Of a stretch of DNA of 64,000 nucleotides, positions 9,020-18,539 are shown in pieces. The notes beneath the pieces are model-generated. The model was given only the letters and a program-made list of their open reading frames with translations, was not told the origin of the DNA and made no database searches. This stretch comes from a virus, in the IMG/VR virus record IMGVR_UViG_3300040801_000524, positions 9,742 through 73,741 of that record; one strand, given 5' to 3'. The position numbers were made by a program, and so were the translations under genes. The first letter of the stretch is position 1; the number at the start of each line of letters is the position of its first letter.

Positions 9020-9376
9020 ATGAACATCAAAGAGTGGAGTATTCAAAAAATGATTACCATAGGTGCAACAGTCCTATCGGCTACCATTGCTGCTGGTAGT
9101 GCCGGATGGACTCTTCACACCATGTACGAAGATCAACCCCAAATTGATCAGCTACGTACCGAGATGGTGGCATTTGGTCAGAAGTCAACCGACACCATTC
9201 TGATGCAAATGATGTCAACCGAACAGACCCGCTACGAAGACGAAATCGAGCGTATCAATGCCCGTGAGCGTGCCGGTCATGCGTCTGACTACGATCTGAA
9301 CCGTAGAGACACCATTCAAAACCGAATCAATCAAATCGAACGTGAAAGAAACCTGATGCTAAAGGACAGACAATAA
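9020..9376 (+). CDS. Hypothetical protein with N-terminal TM helix and coiled coil
   Basis: ITIGATVLSATIAAGSAGWTL hydrophobic segment, helical C-terminus, SD agga. Confidence 0.7.
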   Translation: MNIKEWSIQKMITIGATVLSATIAAGSAGWTLHTMYEDQPQIDQLRTEMVAFGQKSTDTILMQMMSTEQTRYEDEIERINARERAGHASDYDLNRRDTIQNRINQIERERNLMLKDRQ

Positions 9377-10269
9377 TGAAATCCCTATCCGAATTTTCCA
9401 AAGATATGTGCGTACTCTCCGAGGAAGCCCGAGAGTACCTTGAAGAAAGACTTCTTCAAATCGGTGGTGGCCAGAAGTATGGTCAGATCGTATTCTTGGC
9501 CGGTGGTGGTGGTTCCGGAAAGGGGTTTGCCGCTTCCAACTTCATGGAATCCGACAAGTTCAAGGTCCGTGACGTGGACGAATGGAAGCGTCTGTTCCTG
9601 AAGGCCGAACAAGAAGCCGGGAAGCATCCAGAACTGAAGGACCTGAACCTTCGCAACCCGAAGGATGTGTTCAAGCTACACAAGTTCGTTGACGATCTGG
9701 ACATCAAAAACAAAACCCTGACGAACCTTCTTCGTGACACCAAACCGGATCGGCTGCCGAACATCATGTTCGACATCACTGCCAAAAACGTCAAGTCAAT
9801 CGAGAAGGTCATTCCCCTTCTTCTGGCTGTCGGTTACAACGTCCGTGACATCAACCTTGTATGGGTTCTGACCAACTATCGTGTTGCTGTTGAACGCAAC
9901 GCTGGCCGTTCCCGTGTGGTTCCTGAAGACATCCTGTTGCAGACTCATGAGGGTGCGGCCCGCACCGTGTACGACATCGTGACCAAGGGAACCCTTGGCC
10001 GCAATCTGTTGGACGGTGGCATCTACGTGATCCTGAACAACAAGGAGAACACCGTCTTCTGGACCGATTCAGAAGGCAAGGCAATCAAGAACACCAAAGG
10101 CAACCCGGTGATCAAGGACTTCACGTACCTGACCCTGAAACGTCCCGGTGGTTCTATCGTCAAGGAAGGCGAAGTGAAGAAGCAACTTCTTCAGTGGATT
10201 CTGGACAACGTGCCGAAGACCAAGCTGACTGCCGACATTTTCGGTGAAAACCCTGACAACGTGAAGTAA
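9376..10269 (+). CDS. P-loop NTPase/kinase (zeta-toxin/AAA_33-like) with capsid-targeting-like leader
   Basis: IVFLAGGGGSGKG Walker A, DVD, IMFDIT Walker B-like, AVERNAGRSRVVP lid; leader MKSLSEF..LSEE..LEE. Confidence 0.7.
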   Translation: MKSLSEFSKDMCVLSEEAREYLEERLLQIGGGQKYGQIVFLAGGGGSGKGFAASNFMESDKFKVRDVDEWKRLFLKAEQEAGKHPELKDLNLRNPKDVFKLHKFVDDLDIKNKTLTNLLRDTKPDRLPNIMFDITAKNVKSIEKVIPLLLAVGYNVRDINLVWVLTNYRVAVERNAGRSRVVPEDILLQTHEGAARTVYDIVTKGTLGRNLLDGGIYVILNNKENTVFWTDSEGKAIKNTKGNPVIKDFTYLTLKRPGGSIVKEGEVKKQLLQWILDNVPKTKLTADIFGENPDNVK

Positions 10270-10318
10270 AGTCATATTTGATATAATAGATTTATTATCA
10301 TCCGGCAAGGGCAAGCGG

Positions 10319-10347
10319 AGTTTATCATGAAAACCGGAGACTGTCAA
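10319..10347 (-). promoter_or_regulatory. Sigma70-type promoter, leftward (antisense to the late operon)
   Basis: TTGACA, 17 nt spacer, TAAACT with extended -10 TGn, read on the minus strand. Confidence 0.65.
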
Positions 10348-10349
10348 GA

Positions 10350-11315
10350 GTGCTGAACCAACAACACGAAACCCATTCGTTTTCAATGGGTCAATTCGTT
10401 TGGTGGATCGGTGTCGCTGAAGACAGAATGGACCCGAAGAAACTCGGACGCATCCGTGTCCGCATGTTCGGGTATCATACTGACGACAAGGCCCTGATTC
10501 CAACCGAACAACTATTCTGGGCCTACCCGATGCAACCTATTGTGTCGGGTGCCATGAATGGTATCGGTGTGTCTCCGACAGGCATTGTCGAGGGCACCCA
10601 CGTCATCGGTTTCTTCCGTGACGGCCACAACGCACAAGACCCTGTGATCCTTGGTACCATTGGTGGTATCCCGGGTGACAAACGTCCGTCAAAAGGCTTC
10701 TTCGATCCCAACGGCCAATACCCCCGTGACGACTTCATGGACGAACCAGACACCAACCGTCTGGCCCGTGCTGAGAAAATCGAAGAGACTGTTGTCCAAA
10801 CCAAGAAGGATAATCTGGACGAAGATGTCAAGATGTCGCTGGACGATGGTGAATGGACCGAGCCTGAGACCCCCTATAATGCCCGCTACCCGTTCAACCA
10901 TGTAAGGGAAACCGAGAGTGGGCATATCGAGGAATGGGATGACACAGAAGGTTCTGAACGCTTCCACCGCTATCATCCGTCTGGTACCTTCATCGAAGAT
11001 CATCCGGATGGGGTACAAGTCCGCAAAATCCAGAATGACAAGTATGAAATTGTCCTTGGGGACGAATACATACACATCAAGGGTGGTACCGATGGCAAAT
11101 CCGGCAATCTGACTGTCACCATTGAAGGTGACGCCAACATGCTTGTCAAAGGAAACACCAGACTTGAGACTGAGGGTGACCGGGATGAATACGTCCACGG
11201 TGACTATCAGCTATTGGTCGGGGGCACCATGAAGGTGAAGTGTAACAACCGCATCTACGTGGATGGTGGACCCCGAATCGACTTGAACCTACCGGGACCG
11301 AGTATCAACTTCTGA
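10350..11315 (+). CDS. gp5: Baseplate central spike (OB-fold + beta-helix, no lysozyme domain)
   Basis: FVWWIGVAEDRMDP.KLGRIRVR.FG.H..WA..G..V.GFF.DG..AQ.P.ILG OB domain; YPFNHV.ETESGH..E.DDT.G.ER...H.SGT; short beta-helix. Confidence 0.92.
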   Translation: MLNQQHETHSFSMGQFVWWIGVAEDRMDPKKLGRIRVRMFGYHTDDKALIPTEQLFWAYPMQPIVSGAMNGIGVSPTGIVEGTHVIGFFRDGHNAQDPVILGTIGGIPGDKRPSKGFFDPNGQYPRDDFMDEPDTNRLARAEKIEETVVQTKKDNLDEDVKMSLDDGEWTEPETPYNARYPFNHVRETESGHIEEWDDTEGSERFHRYHPSGTFIEDHPDGVQVRKIQNDKYEIVLGDEYIHIKGGTDGKSGNLTVTIEGDANMLVKGNTRLETEGDRDEYVHGDYQLLVGGTMKVKCNNRIYVDGGPRIDLNLPGPSINF

Positions 11316-12091
11316 TGACTGTAGAAAGAATCCAATACCTGACTGACTTCGACACCAACTCTGGCGTGACCGAGGATTTCACTTCGTTCCATGAAGAATC
11401 ACCGAGCGTGAAGGTTGAGTCTGGTCAGTACATCGAAAAGGACATCGGCCAGATGACCAACTTCGCCATGGCCGCATGGGTGAACTTCTCCAATATCGAT
11501 AATGGCAAACTGCGCATCCTTCTGGGTACCAATGCCAGCGGCATCGGCAAAGCAATCGACTTCACCATGTCTGCGGCCGGGTGGAAGGTCCAATACGTGG
11601 AGATCGCTTCTCACACGGGTGTTCCATCTTCCATCGATCAGGAAGCCGAGTTCAAGAGACGTGGGTTTGAGTTCTACAGCAACAAATACTACAAGGTTCT
11701 GGTGTACCTATCCGGTGGCACACTGACCGTCAAATTCGATGGGAAGCCCGCACTACACATCACCAACTATGTGCCGACAGGTACATTGTGGGGACTGAGT
11801 GGTCGAGATTCATTCTCATATGTGAACGTTTCTGACATCCGAGTCTATGAAAACCAAGTCTTCTACGGCAACGTGAACATCAACGGTATTCACCAAGGTG
11901 ATCAGGGTCGTGTGCGCATGTACGATCAGACCTTCTACACCATTGTTGAGGATGTCGAGTGTGATTCTTCAGGCAACTACATGATTTTCCTTGAGGATGA
12001 TCCCCTGAGCCTCAATAAATACTTCATGATCGGCTATGTGGATAACCGAAAGGATATTCAACCACGTGGCGTTGCCAATATCACACTGTAA
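11315..12091 (+). CDS. ConA/LamG-like domain plus C-terminal adaptor-like beta-sandwich
   Basis: Beta-rich; C-terminal G.V..NG....VRMYD......E...D..GNY motif shared with neighbouring genes; translationally coupled to gp5. Confidence 0.55.
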   Translation: MTVERIQYLTDFDTNSGVTEDFTSFHEESPSVKVESGQYIEKDIGQMTNFAMAAWVNFSNIDNGKLRILLGTNASGIGKAIDFTMSAAGWKVQYVEIASHTGVPSSIDQEAEFKRRGFEFYSNKYYKVLVYLSGGTLTVKFDGKPALHITNYVPTGTLWGLSGRDSFSYVNVSDIRVYENQVFYGNVNINGIHQGDQGRVRMYDQTFYTIVEDVECDSSGNYMIFLEDDPLSLNKYFMIGYVDNRKDIQPRGVANITL

Positions 12092-12100
12092 GGTTACAGA

Positions 12101-15100
12101 ATGCACTACAAACAGCTTATTGACTTTTTCGGTCCCCTTGAGCATTGGACATTTGAGAATTCTTCGGGAGACAACACCACCGTTTATGGTGAGTACACCC
12201 GTGATCTTCTGAACTCGAATGCTACCCTTGGGGAAGAAGGCCAAACCAACCACAACTTCTCAGGCCGTTCGGCCAACCTGAAGAACGGTCATCTGATCGT
12301 TGCTGACGGTGCATTCTTGCAACCACAAATCTCAGACCACGATTTCGCCATTCACTTCTGTTTCAAGACCAATGGAAGCCAAGTGGCCGGTTCCCATGCG
12401 CTGATTTCAAAGTGGACCCCCGTTCCTCAGTTCTGGATCGGTTTTGAATCTGGCAATCTTGTAGCCAAGGTGGAGACATCTTCGGCCGGTCAGATCAGTC
12501 TTGTTCACGACAACAAGGACATCATCTACAACGACTATTGGAACATGGTGACATTCCTGATCCATTCCAATGGTACCTATCGCTTCATTCTGAACGGGAT
12601 CGAGCAATCCACGTCTGATAGCAACCCGCTTCAGGGTTCGATTCTATCGCAGTTCACCATCGGTGACCCAACCAACCCGTTCTCAGATGACATCTGGATC
12701 AACGATGTTGCCATTCAAGACTCTGTTGAATACACCTATTTGCCGTTGTTGATTTACCGCATGACCCGTTCCGACAAGGAAGCAATTCAAGGTCTGGCAC
12801 CGAAGTACCTGTTCGACTTTGTTGAAGGTTGGTTGAGAGATGGTTTTGGACCAATCCCAAACGAAGGGTCTGAGGGTGGTGTTGGATACCTGATGTCAAA
12901 AGACGGTACTGAACCGAATGTTGTGACACCTTCAGCGGAATACTCCCAGACCACCCTAAACATGCCGAAGGGTGTGTACTTCACTATCGACAACGATCTG
13001 GATTTCGATTGGGCTAATACCGTTTCGTTCCTTTTCGTTGGTCACCAGACAACAATCGACAATTCCGGTGAATTTGGTCACAACGACAACAATCTTCACT
13101 GGAACTACGAATGGATGGATTTGGGTGAGTCACGTGCGAACCCGGACAACTGGCGCATTCGCATGGCTTACATGGACGGTGGTAATAATGAATTGTTTGG
13201 GTTCCAGACCAAAGATGGTTCTGGTAATCAGCTTGGGTCGCTTTCCCCGGCAAATGGTGATTGGGATGCTTACAACACCACATATGATAATTGGGGAATC
13301 TTCCGATACAAGTTCGATTCCACAACTTTCTATGTTCACCACCATGATCACAACGATTGGACTGGAAGTGATGAAAGCGACATCGCTGGTGGGGTTGGTG
13401 GATATGCCCCCGGGGTTCCGCTGGCATACAACCGTTTCTTCTACCGTGATGACGTGACCGATCCTTTGGATTTTGGGTCCATTAACTGGCACCGTTGCCG
13501 TTATATGGCCATTTTCGATTATGACATCACAGACAATCATGTGAACATCATCCAGTACCCGAGAATCATGTTGTTCAACAACTTCTTCATGAGACGACTT
13601 GGTAATTCCATGTGGTACGGAATGCTTCGTGATGATTCTTCACCCGAATGGAGATATAGACATGATGGAACGTTTAATACATTGTGGGATTACAAAAACG
13701 GGTGGTTTGGCAACTCTGGTATAGACCCATTGTTCAACCGTCCTAACGAATTTACATATTCGTGGTACATGGCTGACACAAGTAGATACATCTCTCAGTA
13801 TTACAATACCGACAACAACCCGCTTGGAACCAACAATCTGACCATCAACTTCTGGATCAGAAACCAGAACACAACTTCGATGTACGAACTGTTTGGGTTG
13901 CATTACAATAGTGGATACACCCAAACAACCATGGCCGCTGGTTACAGATTGGGTATCGCTGTGAACAGTCACAACCGTTCGTTTGGAAACGTTGGTGATT
14001 TGGAGTTCACAACGAATGACTATTCCGCTGATTACACCGTTTATGTTCCTGAAGCTATCGCTGATGATGGCTGGCACATGGTCACCGTTGTCCGAAATAG
14101 TACCAGAATGGAAGTGTGGGTCGATGGTATTCTGAAAGAGTACAAGATTACTCCAACCGTTCAGGATTTTGGTACTTCGAACCGTGCCATGCAATTCCGT
14201 GGTGGACCGTGCTTCCTTCGTGAAATCATAATCGATTGGTATGATGCGTGGGCTGCCGATAAAGTCGAATTCGCATTTCAGGGATTCGCTGATGTGGTCA
14301 AGGGACAGACTCTTTTGAACACCGTTCCGATTCAATCACAGCTTTTGGCCGTTGACCACAAGACTGGTCATCTGATTGCGGCCGGGGCTTCTGAACCGGA
14401 CGGAGACTTCACGTTCAAGCTGGTCAAGAACGATCAGGAAGACCGTGACGTGGACATCATCGCACTCCCATACGATTCGGCTGCCACCAACCACGTGGTT
14501 GTACACGGTCCATACAACGCAAATACGGTGTATAGCCGTTACATTGAAGAAGTCTTGAGTCAGTCCATGAAGGACATGATTCTGGACATGGACCCGTATG
14601 TCTATTACCCGATGGATGACACCAGTGGCACCACCATTGTGGACAACTCTGGAAACGGCCGAAATGGTACCATCTCCGGGGACTACACGCTGGCACAGGA
14701 AGCCATGGAAGTGGATTCCAAGTCCATTGACTTTGGTGGCACCAATGCTTTCATCGACATGCCGGATGGGTTTGACAATTTCCCAGATGGTGTTACACTC
14801 GAAGTGTGGGCACGTACAGACTCAACTTCCCTTTGGGCACGATACATCAACTTGGGTTCTGCCCTTGAGGGTGTTGATGAAATCCGTCTGGCCCGTGAGT
14901 CCAGTTCGTCAAACCTGAACGCATTCGTTCCTTCTGTCACCCTGACCGGTGCCGGGAACATTCAGAACGGTGTGTGGCAACACTTTGTCTTCAGAATCGA
15001 TGCTGACGGAACCGGTTCCCTATGGGCTTCTGGTACAAAAGTTGCAGAATCCGGTGGTATGACCCCGGCAAACGTTCTGCGTGACGAAAACTTCATCGGT

Positions 15101-15883
15101 CGATCCTTGTTTGCCGCTGATGCATACTTCCACGGCCGCATGTCGCATGCTGTGGTGTACGATCACGCACTATCAGACGAAGACATCTACAAGCATTACT
15201 TCCGAGGAATCGGGTTGAATCACGCTACCCTGAAGGGTGCCATCGAGTTCGATAACCCGGAAGTGTACTGGACGTTCGACCGTCAACAGGGTCTTGTGGA
15301 TGAAATCGAGGGTCACACCTTCACGGTGAATGGTACCCACGACATCCAGAAGAACGCACTGGTTCTGAACGATTCTGCTGTGGGTAACAACTACCTTCAC
15401 ACGGATCAGTATGTTCTGAACCAATCCAATAACGATGAATGGACTATTGAGTTCGGGTTCAAATGTCCGACAACTCAATCCGATGCTGTTCTGGTTGCCC
15501 AATGGGATGAAGCCGGGAACGATGGTTCGATCAAGATTGCGTTGATGAACACCAACAAGATCGTGGTGTACATGAACGACAACACCAATTCGATTTCATC
15601 AACCACCGACTACAATGACGGCAAATGGCACCATGTCATGGTGACCTATGATGGTGCGGTTGTCAGACTGTATGTGGATGGTGACGAAGAAGCCTACTTC
15701 AACATCACTATGGCTTACCCGGGCCACGACTTGACCGTGGGTAACACATCTGACGGACACGTTTCATGGCACTTGGAGTCACGTGCGGAAATCGATGACC
15801 TTGCCATCTACGGCACGCTTCTTGGGTCTGCCCGCATCGAAGCGCATTACAACAGATTTGAACAGAAGAAGGGTACACTATAA
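12101..15883 (+). CDS. Large multi-LamG/concanavalin A-like tail appendage protein
   Basis: 1260 aa; repeated P..YW/YY.(M/F)D openers and DGWHMV/W.H.V..LYVDG..IDD.AIY...L...I..HY LamG signatures (about 5 domains). Confidence 0.75.
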   Translation: MHYKQLIDFFGPLEHWTFENSSGDNTTVYGEYTRDLLNSNATLGEEGQTNHNFSGRSANLKNGHLIVADGAFLQPQISDHDFAIHFCFKTNGSQVAGSHALISKWTPVPQFWIGFESGNLVAKVETSSAGQISLVHDNKDIIYNDYWNMVTFLIHSNGTYRFILNGIEQSTSDSNPLQGSILSQFTIGDPTNPFSDDIWINDVAIQDSVEYTYLPLLIYRMTRSDKEAIQGLAPKYLFDFVEGWLRDGFGPIPNEGSEGGVGYLMSKDGTEPNVVTPSAEYSQTTLNMPKGVYFTIDNDLDFDWANTVSFLFVGHQTTIDNSGEFGHNDNNLHWNYEWMDLGESRANPDNWRIRMAYMDGGNNELFGFQTKDGSGNQLGSLSPANGDWDAYNTTYDNWGIFRYKFDSTTFYVHHHDHNDWTGSDESDIAGGVGGYAPGVPLAYNRFFYRDDVTDPLDFGSINWHRCRYMAIFDYDITDNHVNIIQYPRIMLFNNFFMRRLGNSMWYGMLRDDSSPEWRYRHDGTFNTLWDYKNGWFGNSGIDPLFNRPNEFTYSWYMADTSRYISQYYNTDNNPLGTNNLTINFWIRNQNTTSMYELFGLHYNSGYTQTTMAAGYRLGIAVNSHNRSFGNVGDLEFTTNDYSADYTVYVPEAIADDGWHMVTVVRNSTRMEVWVDGILKEYKITPTVQDFGTSNRAMQFRGGPCFLREIIIDWYDAWAADKVEFAFQGFADVVKGQTLLNTVPIQSQLLAVDHKTGHLIAAGASEPDGDFTFKLVKNDQEDRDVDIIALPYDSAATNHVVVHGPYNANTVYSRYIEEVLSQSMKDMILDMDPYVYYPMDDTSGTTIVDNSGNGRNGTISGDYTLAQEAMEVDSKSIDFGGTNAFIDMPDGFDNFPDGVTLEVWARTDSTSLWARYINLGSALEGVDEIRLARESSSSNLNAFVPSVTLTGAGNIQNGVWQHFVFRIDADGTGSLWASGTKVAESGGMTPANVLRDENFIGRSLFAADAYFHGRMSHAVVYDHALSDEDIYKHYFRGIGLNHATLKGAIEFDNPEVYWTFDRQQGLVDEIEGHTFTVNGTHDIQKNALVLNDSAVGNNYLHTDQYVLNQSNNDEWTIEFGFKCPTTQSDAVLVAQWDEAGNDGSIKIALMNTNKIVVYMNDNTNSISSTTDYNDGKWHHVMVTYDGAVVRLYVDGDEEAYFNITMAYPGHDLTVGNTSDGHVSWHLESRAEIDDLAIYGTLLGSARIEAHYNRFEQKKGTL

Positions 15884-16980
15884 TGGCCGCACCAACAGTT
15901 TACAAGTGGGATGATCCCGGGGCACCGGTTATCGATTCATCAACCGCTTCAACAAGAAGAAATCAACTGCAAGCGATTTTTCGCCAGTGTCTTACAACCG
16001 GTTACGGTGCGAAGGCTGGTGCCGGGTGGACGCTTGTTGATGATGGTGTTACCGATTCTGATGTGATGATTTTCCAACAGGGTGGTACTGGATTTGCCGT
16101 CAACGCCAAACTTCGCATTTCAACCAGACGAATTGGTGAAAACTACGGTTGTTTTCAGGTTGCCGGGGCCGAAGATTATTCACCGGACATCAATACCCCG
16201 GTCGGCCCTATGGGGGCTATCATTCATCTACACAACACAACCCAATTTGGGTCGTACATTTACGCAAGGAATTCGGCAACCAATGGTTATCCTTCAACAT
16301 GGGTGATTGTTGCAAACGAAAGAACTGTGTACGCATGGTTTGGTCGGCACAGTAACAACAATGGGGTTCTACCGGCTGATACTTCTTCTACACACCAAAA
16401 CACGTATTCTGGTTTGTATGGTGGTTTCTGTTTTGGTGACTATGAGAACAACATACCCGGGTTCCAATACAACCAGTTTTTCTCAAGCTGGAATCCAGAT
16501 TTTACTGGATATTTAAGTGATGCCCCACGTGATTTTTCCGGCCTGATTTCTGGAATGGATGCTGTTGGTCCACGTTACGATTCAAGAACTTTTCAAAAAC
16601 ATGCACGGTACTGGGCTGGTGTTGGTGTCGGTGATTACACATCATACAAAGTCTGTACATGGATTCCTTGGATGGATACAACACCGGCAAATGGATATGA
16701 AGGGCCACGTCTTGGATATGGGTGGGCTGGTTTGACATATCCATATCCAGACAACAATGAACTGTTCCTTGAGAAGATTGGTTTGAGTGTGGGTGGTGTA
16801 ATCCAAGGCTATTATCCGGGTCTCCACCAGACTCTTCACAGAAATGCCCCGAACACTTGGTACCCCGACACCTTCCAAGGAACCGGTGATTTTTCTGGAC
16901 AGGAATTCATCGTCATTCCCCTGTACCGTGGAAAACTGATCCTTCGGATTGATGCCGATTGGAACTCGCTTGGGGTATAA
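15883..16980 (+). CDS. Tail-associated structural protein (PTVY..DPGAP..CL..GYG.K.GAGWT family)
   Basis: N-terminal motif recalled from tail modules of proteobacterial siphophages; aromatic-rich variable body. Confidence 0.6.
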   Translation: MAAPTVYKWDDPGAPVIDSSTASTRRNQLQAIFRQCLTTGYGAKAGAGWTLVDDGVTDSDVMIFQQGGTGFAVNAKLRISTRRIGENYGCFQVAGAEDYSPDINTPVGPMGAIIHLHNTTQFGSYIYARNSATNGYPSTWVIVANERTVYAWFGRHSNNNGVLPADTSSTHQNTYSGLYGGFCFGDYENNIPGFQYNQFFSSWNPDFTGYLSDAPRDFSGLISGMDAVGPRYDSRTFQKHARYWAGVGVGDYTSYKVCTWIPWMDTTPANGYEGPRLGYGWAGLTYPYPDNNELFLEKIGLSVGGVIQGYYPGLHQTLHRNAPNTWYPDTFQGTGDFSGQEFIVIPLYRGKLILRIDADWNSLGV

Positions 16981-16982
16981 TC

Positions 16983-17459
16983 ATGGCCGATCTTGGTCCA
17001 TTGGGAACAACTGCCAGCGTTGACATCAAGGGTGATCCTGTTCGAGTAGTTCCCGACAGCATCGCTACCATGCTTGCGTCTGGCATGAAGTTCTACCAAA
17101 AGCGTAGCACACACCCCGGAAAAGTCATGATGGTCATGGTCAAGAAACATGAGATTCGTGGGGCCGGTGGACGTGCGTTCTTCAAAGAATATGGTGCGCT
17201 GGCCGATCAGGTAAAACACGGCATCTATGGCACTGTCACATATGAAGACTTGCCGGGTGCCGGTCTACTTCTTCGACTGTATGATCGAACAACTGGCGAA
17301 CTTCTCTCCGAGACCACTTCAGATGGTTCCGGAAACTACGATTTCAACTATTGGGTCCCCGAGGGGCATAAATATTACGTGGTTGCGTTTGATTCGAATT
17401 TGGTTCCGATCTACAACGCAAAAATCCGTGATTACCTTGACCCAAAGTTGATACCGTAA
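16983..17459 (+). CDS. Tail accessory protein with transthyretin/CnaB-like beta-sandwich
   Basis: IYGTV....P....LRLYDRTTGELLSETTSDGSGNYDF...YYVVAFD; ATG at 16983 follows the upstream stop. Confidence 0.65.
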   Translation: MADLGPLGTTASVDIKGDPVRVVPDSIATMLASGMKFYQKRSTHPGKVMMVMVKKHEIRGAGGRAFFKEYGALADQVKHGIYGTVTYEDLPGAGLLLRLYDRTTGELLSETTSDGSGNYDFNYWVPEGHKYYVVAFDSNLVPIYNAKIRDYLDPKLIP

Positions 17460-17460
17460 T

Positions 17461-18033
17461 ATGGCAATTCCAGCACTTCCCCCAGTAACAGGATATGACT
17501 TTCATTTGGCAGTCGAACACCCCGACTGCTACGTTGGTGTGGCCAACCATGCCGGTGCGTTTGATGGTTCTTCTGGTCAAAGTCCATTGGCTGGACAAAC
17601 TCAGTGGACCATCGAAGCGTGGATTCAACAGAATAGCACTACCGATTCAGGGTACATCTACGTTGAAGCAATCATGTCTTCTGGTCGCATCTTGGAGTTC
17701 AAGACCACCAATGACGGCCGACTTGTCTGCAACTTCCACAACGGTTCTACGTGGGGAACCACAATCGTTTCTGTTGACAGATTTCACCCGTTCAAACCAA
17801 ACCACGTTGCGTGGACCAGAAATGGTAACGTAGGAAAGCTGTACATCAACGGTCGTTTGTCATACACCGGGGACATGACGCTGACCAACGGTCTGGCTTC
17901 AAACGCTGATGGTGTTGCCATTGGTCAAACTGCGCACCTTACCCAAGACCTGAATGGTTTCCCGGGATACATCGATGATGTGGTGGTGTACAGAACTGCG
18001 TTGTCGGATTCGGGACCACGTGATCCCCGATAA
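17461..18033 (+). CDS. Single LamG-like domain protein
   Basis: WTIEAWI..NHVAWTRNG..KLYING..IG....F.GYIDDVVVY..AL. Confidence 0.75.
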   Translation: MAIPALPPVTGYDFHLAVEHPDCYVGVANHAGAFDGSSGQSPLAGQTQWTIEAWIQQNSTTDSGYIYVEAIMSSGRILEFKTTNDGRLVCNFHNGSTWGTTIVSVDRFHPFKPNHVAWTRNGNVGKLYINGRLSYTGDMTLTNGLASNADGVAIGQTAHLTQDLNGFPGYIDDVVVYRTALSDSGPRDPR

Positions 18034-18041
18034 CAAACCCT

Positions 18042-18049
18042 TATAAATA
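18042..18049 (+). promoter_or_regulatory. Late promoter TATAAATA
   Basis: Exact T4 late consensus in an intergenic gap ahead of a strong SD (aggaga). Confidence 0.85.
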
Positions 18050-18091
18050 CTACCTGAACAACTACTTGTGAAGAACCATAGGAGATAAACT

Positions 18092-18523
18092 ATGCCGAGT
18101 GCAACAACTTCCAACTATCTGTACCAAAAGCAGATGGACTACTTGCTGTCCAACACCGCTTGGACTGCCCCGGGCACCATTTTCGTAGCCCTTTTCACCA
18201 CGGTCGCTGGCCTTGACGGTACCGGTGGTGTTGAGGTTTCCAACTCCGGTACTGGCTACGGCCGTATTGGCGTTGCTGCCGGTGGCTGGTCTGGCCCGTC
18301 TGGTGCGAACCTTGAGTACAACAACACAGCCGACATCCAATTCGGAACACCGACCGCAAACTGGGGTACCATCAACGGTGCGGGTCTGTACGACTCAGAC
18401 ATCGGTGGCACCAACAACCTTCTGTTCGTGGCCTACCTGACCACTCCGAAGGTTGTGAACAATGGTGACGGTGCACCGAAGATTCTGGCTGGACAGCTTC
18501 GTATCACCCGAGCTACCTGTTAA
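18092..18523 (+). CDS. Small tail fibre/structural protein
   Basis: IFVALFT..EVS..GYGR..N...I.F...TANWGTI...GLYD...G.NLL, a common phage structural family; strong codon bias. Confidence 0.65.
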   Translation: MPSATTSNYLYQKQMDYLLSNTAWTAPGTIFVALFTTVAGLDGTGGVEVSNSGTGYGRIGVAAGGWSGPSGANLEYNNTADIQFGTPTANWGTINGAGLYDSDIGGTNNLLFVAYLTTPKVVNNGDGAPKILAGQLRITRATC

Positions 18524-18539
18524 TCTGAGGCCGTAACCT

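Noticed and set aside
10069-10275. 68-aa minus-strand ORF downstream of the antisense sigma70 promoter as a RepE-like gene
   Set aside because: No clear SD and it reads as an antisense shadow of the kinase gene; it cannot be fully excluded.
17980-18033. Abrupt end of the single-LamG gene as a possible pseudogene
   Set aside because: The domain is complete up to its last strand and there is no continuation in another frame before the next promoter.
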